Of a stretch of DNA of 64,000 nucleotides, positions 15,401 to 30,400 are shown in pieces. Below the pieces are notes generated by a model. That model had not been told where the DNA came from and did no database searches. It saw only the letters and a list, made by a program, of their open reading frames with translations. Source of the DNA: Antedon mediterranea. Its lineage: Eukaryota; Animalia; Echinodermata. How positions within the stretch are numbered: position 1 is the first letter of the stretch; every line of letters starts with the position of its first letter. The stretch is taken from assembly GCF_964355755.1 (NCBI RefSeq), contig NC_092676.1, positions 687,788-751,787 of the forward strand. Direction: 5' to 3'. A program made the position numbers and the translations under genes.

Positions 15401-18400
15401 TAAACAGAAAAACCTAAAATGAACATGATACCTTCTAACTTTGTAAGTGGTTGTTAAACAGAAATACCTAAAATGAACATGATACCTTCTAACTTTGTAA
15501 GTGGTTGTTAAACAGAAATACCTAAAATGAACATGATACCTTCTAACTTTGTAAGTGGTTCTAAAACAGAAAAACCTAAAATGAACATGATACCTTCTAA
15601 CTTTGTAAGTGGTTGTTAAACAGAAATACCTAAAATGAACATGATACCTTCTAACTTTGTAAGTGGTTGTTAAACAGAAATACCTAAAATGAACATGATA
15701 CCTTCTAACTTTGTAAGTGGTTGTTAAACAGAAATACCTAAAATGAACATGATACCTTCTAACTTTGTAAGTGGTTGTTAAACAGAAATACCTAAAATGA
15801 ACATGATACCTTCTAACTTTGTAAGTGGTTGTTAAACAGAAATACCTAAAATGAACATGATACCTTCTAACTTTGTAAGTGGTTGTTAAACAGAAATACC
15901 TAAAATGAACATGATACCTTCTAACTTTGTAAGTGGTTGTTAAACAGAAATACCTAAAATGAACATGATACCTTCTAACTTTGTAAGTGGTTGTTAAACA
16001 GAAAAACCTAAAATGAACATGATACCTTCTAACTTTGTAAGTGGTTGTTAAACAGAAATACCTAAAATGAACATGATACCTTCTAACTTTGTAAGTGGTT
16101 GTTAAACAGAAATACCTAAAATGAACATGATACCTTCTAACTTTGTAAGTGGTTCTAAAACAGAAAAACCTAAAATGAACATGATACCTTCTAACTTTGT
16201 AAGTGGTTGTTAAACAGAAATACCTAAAATGAACATGATACCTTCTAACTTTGTAAGTGGTTGTTAAACAGAAATACCTAAAATGAACATGATACCTTCT
16301 AACTTTGTAAGTGGTTGTTAAACAGAAATACCTAAAATGAACATGATACCTTCTAACTTTGTAAGTGGTTGTTAAACAGAAATACCTAAAATGAACATGA
16401 TACCTTCTAACTTTGTAAGTGGTTGTTAAACAGAAATACCTAAAATGAACATGATACCTTCTAACTTTGTAAGTGGTTGTTAAACAGAAATACCTAAAAT
16501 GAACATGATACCTTCTAACTTTGTAAGTGGTTGTTAAACAGAAATACCTAAAATGAACATGATACCTTCTAACTTTGTAAGTGGTTGTTAAACAGAAATA
16601 CCTAAAATGAACATGATACCTTCTAACTTTGTAAGTGGTTGTTAAACAGAAATACCTAAAATGAACATGATACCTTCTAACTTTGTAAGTGGTTGTTAAA
16701 CAGAAATACCTAAAATGAACATGATACCTTCTAACTTTGTAAGTGGTTGTTAAACAGAAATACCTAAAATGAACATGATACCTTCTAACTTTGTAAGTGG
16801 TTGTTAAACAGAAATACCTAAAATGAACATGATACCTTCTAACTTTGTAAGTGGTTGTTAAACAGAAATACCTAAAATGAACATGATACCTTCTAACTTT
16901 GTAAGTGGTTGTTAAACAGAAATACCTAAAATGAACATGATACCTTCTAACTTTGTAAGTGGTTGTTAAACAGAAATACCTAAAATGAACATGATACCTT
17001 CTAACTTTGTAAGTGGTTGTTAAACAGAAATACCTAAAATGAACATGATACCTTCTAACTTTGTAAGTGGTTGTTAAACAGAAATACCTAAAATGAACAT
17101 GATACCTTCTAACTTTGTAAGTGGTTGTTAAACAGAAATACCTAAAATGAACATGATACCTTCTAACTTTGTAAGTGGTTGTTAAACAGAAATACCTAAA
17201 ATGAACATGATACCTTCTAACTTTGTAAGTGGTTGTTAAACAGAAATACCTAAAATGAACATGATACCTTCTAACTTTGTAAGTGGTTGTTAAACAGAAA
17301 TACCTAAAATGAACATGATACCTTCTAACTTTGTAAGTGGTTGTTCCGTTGGCGTTGAAGCATCTGATTCATCTGTTACTGGTGGTTTTATTCTCGGTTC
17401 TCTGAAACTCTTCCTCACTCTCTTGAGGGTCGATATCGACGGCTCCGTCTTTAACGCAAGTGGATCCTATAAAAACAAATAAATGCAATGTTTTTTTTTA
17501 CTGTGACACTTCTGTTTTATTAGTGTTTTTGAGAAAGGCATTTTATGCAGTACTCTATCCACAAAGTAATATGAATGGGTTTAAAAAAAAATATGTTTAT
17601 TTGGTAAGGAAATGCTCTAGGTGACATTTGATTTATCAGAAAGTAAAGATTAACTCACCAGCGAGAAGACCACACCTCTAGGTGGCGATGTTTCAAGTTC
17701 TGCTTTATTTAATGGTAGAGGTAGGTGATGAACAAACTAGAAGAAAAAAATTAACATGTTACTAGGGGTGAGGTTTTAATATTGAATTAAAAAATGTTAT
17801 TGTTACATTAAAAGGTATAGTTACCTGCAGTAAAGTTTTCAACTTGCTCTCAGATATATTCACCTTAACTGAAGGAAGAACTGCTTCGACTTTCAGTCTG
17901 AAAGATTGAAATCAAATAAAACACTGAATTTAAACACTGAATTTTGATAGGGAGTGGTTTTCCTGGGTTGGATGGGTACATCTCTGCAATGGCAAATGTA
18001 GAGTACAGCATCTATATTTGTATCTGTAATATCCTACAATGATTGGCCTGAAATGATCTAAAAATAAACATGATAGAATGAGGTGCAAAAACAAAAAGCG
18101 ATTGCTTACTGTGGCAATTCTTTGTATTCAGGTTGTACACTGTTGAATAAACTGAGTTGCAATCCAAAGCTGGGTAATAGGTGGCGCTCTGAATCTCGAA
18201 GCTCTAGACTTTCATGCCAGTTATCACCTTAAAAACAACATTTGAACAAAATAATACTTTTTTTTCCCAAAACTTATGATAGATGCATACCTATCTTAAG
18301 TTTGCATTATTTTAATGTTTCTCCACACAGAGAGAAGTATATATTCTGGATGGTGACATTTCCAAAAACCTAGCACCGAAGACGAATGATTTCTTAAGTA

Positions 18401-21400
18401 CAATTTTAATGTACACATGAATCAAATATGATAAACACTTACCTGTGTGGGCAAGTAGTATCTGTATGTCATTAATGTGAACATTAAACTTATCATATAA
18501 ATGTTCTTCGATTTCAGTCCTGGTTGCACCCTAGAAAGAAGATTTAAGCATTGGTATATGTTTGAAAAAAAAAAAGTATTTTATTTGTAAAAGGAAGAAA
18601 CTTTTTTTTTCTTTCAAAATTGTTTTTAAATTTCATTTCCACAAATTCCTGTGGCCAAGAAACACCAAAGTATAAAACACATGAAAATGATCAGGAAGAA
18701 ACTAGATTACCTCTAATGAAACTGTTTCATTCTGCAGGTCACTAAAGACTCTTAGACTTCCTAGGTCGATGACAATTAAATGACCTCCTTTGTCAACTGA
18801 GCCAAACTCTGGTATCAAAATGTTGGGCGATTTCACATCAACATCAAGTTGAATGGTCTGAAATATGAAATATAGAGTAAATAAAAGATAAACTATAATG
18901 CTCAGTTCATAACACTTTGTGCTTTAAAGGCTTTCAAACTAATTGACATGAATATGTATGAATACAGGGTAAAGGTTGTTACTATAGGATATGTTTTGCA
19001 AAATTTAACCTGAAAATTATTTTAAAGAGATCAAAAATACTTCTAATGGTGATTCATTCTTAAGCTCAGCTTCACGTATTTGTGTATTAAGTATTGAATA
19101 AAGGTTTAACATATTATTGTATGTTTTCCCTCGTGGTTTTTAATGTAACTATTTGAATACTTTATTAGAAATGTTCTTTTTTCCAAACCAACAATTAGTA
19201 TGTAAACTCTTGACAGTTTCGCTGACATGATCATGACAAAGAACATTCCTAATAAACTAATTACTACAAACCAGATGAACATTTTCAATCATATTTGAAT
19301 ACTGTTATTGTGTTATTGTATTATTGTATTATATATGTAGCAGGTCACTCACTCTCCTGGAATTCATGTGGTTTTCCATACTTAACTAATGTAGACTATA
19401 GACCTGGGCTGTAACCACTAAGGTGTCAACTCCTAATAATTAATTGCCGTATTCTATGGAATTGGTAATAACTTACTAATGATTACTTGGGTGTGATCTT
19501 AATGGATATACCAGCTCTTGGGAGGGGACAAGGAGGGTCACTGAACTGATAAGTCACCTCACTGGGCTACTCCTTAAATAGTCATGTATGTTCTGTAATT
19601 AACACTTCTTGTAGATTAACACAATTTGGAAATAACTTGAACCGATAGCTACAACTTAATCACTCTCTGTGTACCTGTATATAGTGTAAATAAAGTACCA
19701 TTGAGAGAATAAAACAACAGTCTGTGTCATTTATATAAAGAGTGCTACATATATATTATATTATTGTATCTTGTACCTTATGGTTTTCAATAGCATACTT
19801 CAGACCTGCTGTGCTGTATTCTGCAAACTTCATCAATTGTGTTGAAGCAACTGCTTTCAAGTTGTCCATATTCAAATTTGGAACCGTGAAAAATGATACC
19901 AGCTCTGATATTGTGTTCTGAAAATAAAATAATAAATACATGTAGTATGAGTATTGACACAAAGAAAGCCGATAGTCTGGGCATAGGTGCTTGCAAAGTT
20001 AAAACTAAAAATAAAATTTATAAATATAAATTACCTCATGATAAACAATATCAACAGGTTCTGATGTCACTGCGAGTGAAAGGTCAGCTGAAACATTGAC
20101 CGGACTAGTCTCGAGGTCAACGTTAAACACTTGTCCTGCGACATCATCTGGTTTATCCTTAGCTGATGTTACTATGGTTACATTTTCATTTTTCTTAGGA
20201 CATCCCTCTACCAATAATGAGTCTGTACTTAACTGGAAGCTAAACACAAATTAAACAAAATTATTTAATCATTCGGTTACCTTAAAAAATTTTGACTGGG
20301 CTATTCCACTTTCTTAAAAAAGGGGTTTATTGTTCTGCCAATAACAAAACAAACAAATATAAAAGAAAAGAAAATATCAAACAGGCACCTAACACCTATG
20401 CTCTATAGGAATTTAAAGGAATAGAAACTGGTTATAAACGGTGAAGATGAAGAAATCTGTGAAAAGGAGAAAAAGCTGATATAACTTCCTAAACATACTT
20501 GCTACCTAAACATATGTTGATATAAAGTTTGTGAAGACGATCAAAGCTTATTGATCGAAACGTCGAGAAACTCAACAGTTCTTTTCAGTTCTTTTTATAT
20601 CAACATTGGATTTTGCCATGCAAACCTTCAAACAATATATAAAGAAAAACCTGTGTATGTATGGATGTTACAATACTTACTGTATTCCACTGTTGACAGG
20701 CCTGTGTTCAACATCAATAACAGTGTCTACAACTGAAGCTTTTAATACTTGTAAAGATTTGTTACGAAGACCAAATTGACCGTGATTCACAGAAAATATT
20801 ATCTTGGTTTGAACATACTAAAGGAAAAAAAAATTGAATATGTGACTTAAAAAATGTGTACTGTACGTATGATACGTATCTACAGTATTATTTTTTATTT
20901 AATCGGTATAAAAAGACTCAAAATACAACTCATAGTTGAAATGAAGAGCTTACATATGAAAATGATAATTCACATAGCCTAAACAAAGTTAAACGAAGAA
21001 AAAACACATTAAAGCCTAAGAAACAGTAATAATTACTGTATAATTCGTTAAACTTAAAATTACCATAAAAAATGCACAAATTCTTAAATATACAATTTTA
21101 AAAAATAGAGACTAATATTAATAATCACATTATTTTTAAACACCAATAAAATATATGTAAAATTCATTAAACTAAAAGTACAATAAAAATTGCACAAAAT
21201 TCAAATTCAAAGGATGATATTAATAATTACAAATTCTTATATTATATTTACAAATTTAAAAAATTGAATCTTATAAATCACATTTTTATAGTCCCATAAG
21301 TAGTTACAAAAAAAAATTTAAAGCATAAAACAACCACTTGACAAAGAGACAATAGAACATACTCTTCGAAATGTCTTTAAAGGTTAATTGTCCAAATCTA

Positions 21401-24400
21401 TTCATTATTTAAGAGTCCAATAACAGTTGGAATTGTTGATGCAGCAAGTCTTTTAGTCCGACATCGTGGCACATCAAACTTATTAACTTTACGCAAACAC
21501 CTTGTCGGCTTTTCTTTTTCAGGGATCCATTCCTTAAAGCGATCCGACTTTAGCAGCCCCTTTCCAAAGTTATAAAGAAGAACCTGACGTCTATGCTGCA
21601 ATGTCTTTAACTTGAGGGTTTCAAGTGATTTTGCGTAACTAACATAGTTTTGATATCCAATAATAAGTTTTACAACACGCTTTTGGATGAATTCAAGTTG
21701 ATCACTCTGTTTATTGGTGATCGAGCTATGCCAAAGAGGACTGGCATATTCAAGTAAAGGACGAATGTATGTTATAAAAGTGAAAACCAGATCATCCTTT
21801 GGGGCTCCAAAACGCTTCAGAATGTATAGCATATATAGACGACGTGATGCCCTGGAAACGACTTCTTTAATCTGCTTGTCCCACTTGAGGTCACTTTGCA
21901 GATGCACTCCAAGAAGTTTAACACTCTGGGATTCTTCGAGTATAACACCATCCATTTGTAACGGCTCAAATTGGGGAACATTACGCAAAAAATGAACACA
22001 CATCACTTGAAACTTTACAGGATTTGGAGTTGCATCCTTCTCCACACACCAACTGGAAAGAGCATCAAGGTTGCTTTGAATCGAACTATCTTCAGGTCTC
22101 TGTACTGAAATCACCTCGCCAATCGTCAGGTCATCAACAAACTTCCATCTATCAGGTACATTGTTGAGCAAATCATTAACCATGATAGTAAATAGGATTG
22201 GGCCTAATTTAGTACCCTGAGGCACTCCGCACGAAATTGGTTCTGGCGCTGAGACTGAACCGCCCAACCGCACACACTGATTTCTTTGCGAGAGGAAGCT
22301 ACACACCGTTGGAATGATAGAGGGCATGATATTAAGACCAATTAATTTGTCAATCAGAATTGAATGGTTGACCCGGTCAAAGGCTTTACTAAAGTCTATG
22401 GCACAAATAGTACCATACATTCCTGAGCTATCTAATCCTGACAGAAGCCTATTACAGAGTTGAACAAGGTAATGAGTCGGTGATGAACCCTTCGCATTTC
22501 CAAACTGTTGGGAATCCATAAGAGGTCTGAAATCAGTAGCTATCCAATCAGAAAGGAAGCTCTCAAAAATTCTACCAAAAACAGGCGTGATGGATATAGG
22601 CCTATGTTCATTAGGTGTAGAAGCCTTTGGCTTTTTGGGTACAGGAGTAATGATGGCATTCTTCCAGATAGATGGGAAATTATTATCCTGGAGGCAACAA
22701 TTCAATATTTTAGCGAGAGGTTGGGCAAGTTCTAAGGCAAATTCCTTAATTAATCGGAGAGGTATATCACGAGGATGCCTTGATTTATTCACATTAATGC
22801 CCTTTAATAGTTTAAAAACTTGCCCAGGAAAAATAACAGGGGGCTTAACAGAAGGAAGAAAGGCAGGTAAATTTCGCAAATCTAATGCAGGTAAAAAAGA
22901 ACAAATCCTAGCAAAATGTTTGTTGACAACATCTACAACAACATCAGGGTCACAACCAGGTTCAAGAAGTGCAGATTGCGGTTTTGATTTTCCAGCAATC
23001 CTCTGCACTTTCTTGTGCCACTTCTGGGGCTCAATTTTCCTAAGAGAAGATATAGATTCTTTATAGAAGTTTGATTTTGCCAATCTTACTTCAGAACGAA
23101 CAAGCCTTCTAAAATGACGGTATCTTGTTTGGTTACCCTTTCGATAAGCACGATGTCTTTTCTCAATCATTTTTTTAATACTTTGATTAAACCAAGGTTT
23201 ATCATTGTCTCTGACACGAATAACTACTGAAGGAAAAGACTTTTCGTAGGTTTCCTTAAGCACACTTTCAAATTTGGCAGCTAAATATTCAGAACTGTCG
23301 TCCTCATGAACTATATCATCCCAGTCAATCCCAGTAATAACTTGGCCAAATGCACGCATGGACGAGTCTTTCAAGGGACGGCGAACTAGCAACCTTCTCT
23401 TTACCGGTTTCTTTTGAATAAAATTAGGTTTTAAAAGAATGGAGGCATGGTCACTGCGACCCAGGGGAGAGAGTTTTAAAGGGGATTGGTAAAGATCAGA
23501 GATGTTTGTTAACATTTTATCAAGACATGCATCATCGCGAGTGGGAAAATCTACTACTTGTTCTAATGATGTTTGATAAAGTAGGGGGTCAATATCGTAG
23601 TCATTAAAGTCACCCATAATAATGAAAGCAGCATTATCCCTTACACTACTAAAATAGTCAATTCTTGAGCACAAGAACTCTGTAAGCTGTTGATTCCGAT
23701 TACAGTTAGGTGGGTAATAGACGACAATAGTGACGATTGAGAAAGAGAGGTTAATTTTTACATCAACGCATAGGCATTCAAGATCAATAGGACATGCATC
23801 ATCAACTTCGTAATCATATACTTCATTAATATATAGAACAACACCACCGCCAACGCGATTACTTCTATCATTCCGAATGCATGAGAAACCCTGAACTGCC
23901 GAACACTCAGAAGAAAAATCAGAATGAAACCACGATTCTGTTATACCAGCAATATCAATGTTACTTTTTGCTAAAACTAACTCAAATTCATTCATCTTAT
24001 TACATAACGAGCGCGCATTACACAGAAAAACACTAGGGTAAATGTTAGACCTACTAAGTTTAGCTTTACACAAAATTGGAACAAGAATGCTAGGCCCTCT
24101 CTCACCATTAATATTAGAATTATCTACTCTTCCTCCGATCTGGTTTATCTTGAAAAATTTATATATCTAAAATCTATGTGATCAATATCACAATTAAAAC
24201 AGATTTTTTAGAATAAAAAATTGATTAAAATCATATTAGGAATAGTTCAGTCTATGGTATAATTGACAGACAGTTGTTAATCTTGGATAAATAATGTGTA
24301 GTTACCTCAACTGGCTTTTCAGATGATGTTTCACTCCCCTCCTGATATCCAATTCCTTCATATATTTTAGTTTTATCTTCTTCAGTTAATTTCTCCCACA

Positions 24401-27400
24401 AAGTGTTATCTACAAAAGAGAAAATACAAAACTTTTTAAAAAAAGTCTTTAACTGTTCCTTTTTAAAATGCTGTGGTATATGTAAGTACACCAAGTTCCA
24501 CTGCCACTAAAATAAGTTCAAAACACATATGAAGTGTTAACTACTAACTAACAGTGATTATCAGTGTTTGGGAAAATTAAAATTAGGATAAAAGTTCCTT
24601 CTTACCTTCTGGAACGTCATCTTCGTAATCATCGTCCGAATCGTCGCCCCAACCAAATATGCGGCTGAACCAGCCTTTCTCAGATTCTTTTTGGAGTTCT
24701 CGTTCTCTTCTTAGTGGCGCTTGCTTTGCAAACTGAAAATTTAAAACTTATCATGAGAATATAATTAAAAGTATCTTCAACTGATCAATGAAACAAATGA
24801 GAATGAGCTATTAGCTTTTTGTGGTAGGGTGGTTAGTTCCTTTCCATGCAGCCTTCCTCCATGGTATTTTTCAACCAGGTACTCATTTACAGTCGAGTGG
24901 ACTGGGAGTTGTTATTGGAACTTATATTATATACTTATATTATGGAACCCAGATTTTTCTGCATGATGTATAGTGATGATGTACAGTACAGTACTTTTAA
25001 TCAGTATATTAAAGAACTTGAAATGTAACTCATTACCTCAATCTTTGCTTGTTCTCTTGCAAGTGTAATACTTGTCACATCCAGTTTTTCCTCCAGATTT
25101 CTCAGCTCTTTCTCGATTCTTTTTTTCACATCATCATCTGCTTTGACCCGTTCTAACTTGTCTTTATATTTACTCCTGTACGCTCTGTAATATTCTCGAT
25201 GTTGTTTCATGTGTTCCCAAGACCAGGGTTTAATGTACTTGTCCACCATGCTGTTATATGCATACATCCACCTGAACAAAATACAAACATTAGTAAACCA
25301 TTACAATTTACAGAGACAGTAGGCCAAATACATTTAAATACAAGTAAATATTTAAAGATTTATCAAAAAAATATATGTATTATTTGTGGAAAACTAATAA
25401 ACAAACAAACAAACAAAACTAAATAAGGTAACTATTGTGTCCAGAAGCTGAAATCAGGGGGTTTGCATTACTACGACAGTTTTGCGAAAAAATGTTTAGT
25501 AATCACCGGGTTGGACGCGACCTCTAGATCACAAGATGGCGACTATCTCTAGACAACTAAGCTTACACTGTCAGATTCAAGCTAAAGGAAGCAGTAGGTA
25601 CTGCACCAACATGCTGATACCTTAAAGCGTTCCTTTTGTTTCTTTTTCTTTTTCCTTTTTTTTTCTTTTTTCTGAATACTGCTTCTGCGATCCTTAAGGA
25701 TTAAAACAAGCAGAGTTTGTGCGCATGCGGGGTCCTTTGAAATTTAGTCTCTGAATTTAGGTGATAACTTCTTTGAAAGATTCATTTTCTTTAATGTTCT
25801 GTATATTTGGAGGTAGTTCGTTCCAGTCCCTAGTTGATCTGGGCACATATGAGAACTTGTAGGTATCAGGTTCCCACTCTAGAGATGCAACGGAGGGACG
25901 TACGCGCAATGCAAGCAAGTTGACCAATGACAAGCCACTGTTCAATGCTTGTGTTGCATCCTTGCGTTGCGTCGCTAGTTGCAAATAAGCTTTAGTACCA
26001 ATAATCGAAATCATTGTGTAGGCTTATATAGATAAGTATAAATTTCTTACCATGCTTTGGGGTCTTTCTTCACAGATACTGTTGGTTGGTATTTACGATA
26101 CACTGTGTTCACTTTCATCAACTGTAGCGCTTCTAAAAGGTCCAGAATATCTAAATACTGTGATCTACCAAGACCCAAATTTATCTCCTCGGTGTTGATA
26201 TCTACTGTCAAGCGAGGGCGCATGTACATACTGTCAGATTTATCATACGTTATCCGTGCTCTGGTTGTGACAGGCTCAAGAACTAGAAATTTAGAAGAGT
26301 ATAATTATATTGATGATTTAACTGTCTTTTAATAAATTTATAAACAGTAGCAGGAGGAAGATGCCATGTGTGGGAGACATTCAAACAGCCTGCTACATCA
26401 CCTAGACTGTTTCATTTTCCTTTGAGGGGTGTCCATATTTTGGGAATAATGGCAGTTGTTTATTCAGTTACTGCAATCATGCAAAATTATACAGTAAATA
26501 GAAAAACAAGAATTATTCAGTTTTTTTTAGAGAATAGAAACAGATTAGCAACTTACTAAATTGCAAATCTTCATACATAATCTTGTTATCAATAAGAGCT
26601 TCTTTCATAAAGCTCATCCACAACTCATCTTCAATATGCTCTGTCAAAAGTTGTTTACAATCAGTATTCATGTATATACTTAAGTTTGTGACTTGAGCAA
26701 GCTGTGAAAGTAAATTGATTTTATCCATTATTCATGAATTAGCTCATAAAAAAGGTAAATGTAATTAAATGTAGAGTGAACACAAACACAATGTGCAAAT
26801 TGAAAAAATAAAAATAAATATAAATGTTGAACTTTGTCCGAAGGTTGTTAAAATGCAAGAATAGGAGGCAATTTAAGTACCTGTCATATCGTACTTAAAC
26901 ACCACGTACATTTTAGAAAATTGGAAATGATTTTATTATTAGTTAACACAAATTAATTCAGATTATTTAATTGAATAAAAAAAAAATCTATATTTATATG
27001 TATGCAGCAACATGATGATGAAGCCCCCCCCCCCCCACCCCTCATTATGTAAATTTTTAAATATGTCTCAGTCTCTGAAACCATTATCATAATGTGATAT
27101 GATTGGTTTAAATGAGTAGTATTTGTAAACATACCTTCCTCATGACAAGAGCAGATGCATCGGCCAGTGTTGCTTTCCATAGCTCATCAGTTGTCTAAAC
27201 AAAATAAACAAACATTAAAATATGAAAACAACATAATAAACAAACAATTACAACATGAAACAACATAAACAAACATTACAATATAAAAACACCTATAAAA
27301 AAAAATAAACTAGGCCTATAATGTTGATAAAAGAATTTATTCATAGGATTTATTCATAGGATTGAGGGAAAAAAATGAAAACATCAAAATGATTTTTAAA

Positions 27401-30400
27401 TGGTTGACTGAAATATTCCTATTAAAAAAAACTGTACTTAACATTAAAATTACTAAAGCTGTACACTTAACTAACATTTAAATATTAATTATCGGTGAAA
27501 TCACTAATAAATGTCCTCATAAACTGAAATTAATTGTCATGTTATCAAGTATTTGCTGAGTTCATGTAAAAGGCAGATAGAGCAGCATTGAGATACTAAT
27601 TAAATTATCCAACTAATAAATATTGACCAGTCGCTTAATGGTGCTATATAGTAGATACTGGATTAAGACACTCTCTATTGTTTGTTTTTCCTGGAAATAA
27701 TACGGTTACCTCAACCATCATTAATAATTCATTTTCAGTATCTAACTGTAAACTGGGCAGTTTAGAGTTTTAAAATGTATGTACGTATACTGTGTATAAT
27801 AATAACCGCAGTTTAAATTTTGTTGCAATTGTAACAAACTTTTATGAGAAGAGTCACATGTGACGCCTGTATCATAGGACCTTTATTTGACACAGGGATC
27901 ACATGTGGATGTAACATGGACTGATTCAGGCATGTACTAAGTATTGGCAATGAAACTTACCTCAGCTGATATGTACGGTACCATGACACCAAAAGAGAAT
28001 GGGTAACCTGGATTGGTAACTGTGTCCTCATAACGAACATGCACATTCTTCATAAATACCTTAGAAAAATAATGGAAAGTTATACTACTTTTTATTAAAT
28101 AGTACTATAAAGTGTAAATCATATTGTTGTTAATCCAAGTTTATTAATAATTAATTAATGTCTTGGCACAACTTATTGTTGCCAAAACAAATAAAATAAA
28201 TGAATATATTTCTCGTGATTGTAGTGATATTTTGTTAAAATTCTACTGAATATAATTAATTTATGATGAACATGACTTTGAAAGGATAAAAGATGATGTT
28301 GTAATAAAAGTAAAATTAAAATTCTTCTAAAAATAGAACCATCAGATATTAATCAATATTGTTACAATATTAGAAACAGATTGCAGCCAACAGTGCTTAA
28401 ATTATCAAAAGCTTCCGTCTGTTCATCGTCATTGGATCTCAACGTGAATATATAATGCATGGACGTCTCTCAGCTGCCCAAGGGCAATTCTGCAGTCTGT
28501 GCTTAAATTACTTTCAGTCTGTAATGGGCGAACGAAGTCTAATCAATTCAAGGTACAAACAATGTTGTTTTTTTCAAGACTTCAATTCTTAGAGTTCTTA
28601 ACTAATTTAATCAATCACAGAAAAAATGCACACAAATAATTTGACTGGATTTGAACCTTAGTCTAGGCTACATTTTAGAATATTGTACATAATTTTTGAT
28701 TTGAAGTAAAACAGCCAGAAAAATTATCAGAGCTTTCAGATATATAATTGTGCTGCAATTGATTTGTAACTATGGACGTACAAATCCTGAAATAAAAGCA
28801 GAATAAAAATAAAAATGATAGAAACAGAAAATTCCAACCAATTAGAAATCAAATAGTAGTATAGTAACATTAGCAATTTGCTTCACAACAAACAGTGTAC
28901 AATACAAGTGAGATATTTTAGATAGAAAGTCTCTGTGTCCTTTTACATATAATTACATATATGCAATAGGAGATAGCAAACTAAGCTGCTCTATGTGTTT
29001 GTAATTATATATCAAAACCAATCATTGTATCTATGGTTCAATGACATTTGAGTAATAAATCAAACAAATGATATAATTTATAACTTTGAATGAATATTTA
29101 ATTGATGCATGGAAAAAAAATTTAAAATTCGAATAGTTTTTGTTTTAATAGGATTGAGTCAACAGTGGAGTTGTAGCTTGCCTTCCAATCCCAAGGTCCA
29201 GGGTTCAATCCTGACCTAGTGCCAGGGTTGTAACTCACAACTCTTTCAACTCCACTCCCTAAAAGCCTCAAATGACACTTAGTTTATAAGCATGATCAAT
29301 TATTAAATATTTTATCGATCCTGTAATTGGCAAGTTACTCGCTGTTGGATGCGAATGAAATAAAAAATAAAAGAAAACTTTGAAGCATTGATTTTGCAGA
29401 AGGATGAAGAACATTAACAAAACATAATATTTGTATAAAATATATAAAATTAGCTACTTTTTCTTGTTCTACAACATTAATTTTAATTAACATTTGCAAT
29501 TGACTAAACCTAACGCGGACTCCCACTGTCAAACACTTAAATATGCAAATTAAACAATTGACAAACCTCACTTAACTTGCAACATCTGTTCATCAATAAT
29601 TATTATCTAAAACTATATAATGTAACACAATATTGTGATTGTTTGTAACTACTATGGAGTAGCTTTGAGTCAGTGTGTTGGTATTGGTTCAGATGTTTTT
29701 GCTCTACTCTAATACTTGGGCTCGAATCTAACCCCTAGCCATCAGTGCAAGCCCGTGGTCTAGTCCTACTTGAGATTTAGTTGCAAATTTATGTATTCTC
29801 AATGTACTTAGTATAAAGTACAAATTACATCAGAGTAGGGCAAAACATATGACCAATTACAGTGCTATATGTTGTTTATAAAAAAGGAGTTTAGATAGAA
29901 AGGAGTTTAAAGATAATACAGTATATACAGTATGACTGGGTATAAACTACATGTTTGGGTATAATCCCACCACTAACTTATCAGACCCAACACTTTGGAA
30001 ATCCATATTTATGCAATCCTAGTATAATCCCACCATCCTAATTTTCACTGAATTTCGTATGCAGGCCACACTGGGACTATACGCAGGCCACACTGGGACT
30101 ATACTCAGGCCACACTGGGACTATACTCAGGCCACACTGGGACTATACTCAGGCCACACTGGGACTATACTCAGGGTAATTTGTTAATCTATACTGTGAG
30201 GGAAAGTGAATTAAATTTAGGAATTAACATTTTTTTTTATTTGGATGGATGTTTCTGACATTCAGACTTGAAATGAGAGTACAACATTCGTATGCACATA
30301 CTCAGTGACCTATAATCTAAAGTTCATATTTTCATTAATAAGCACTTACCGTACTAGGCCTATTGCAGTTAAGTGTTCCAGATGCATAAACTACTGTATC

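Noticed and set aside
15077-17345. CRISPR-like appearance of the long regular arrays (also 31113-31756 and 34959-35414)
   Set aside because: The units are head-to-tail with no unique spacers, there are no cas genes, and the context is a eukaryotic intron.
21714-23066. Plus-strand ORFs overlapping the LINE
   Set aside because: Antisense shadows of ORF2 with no motifs.
29155-29230. tRNA gene
   Set aside because: A B-box-like motif is present but no convincing cloverleaf; diverged relatives elsewhere in the window point to a SINE.
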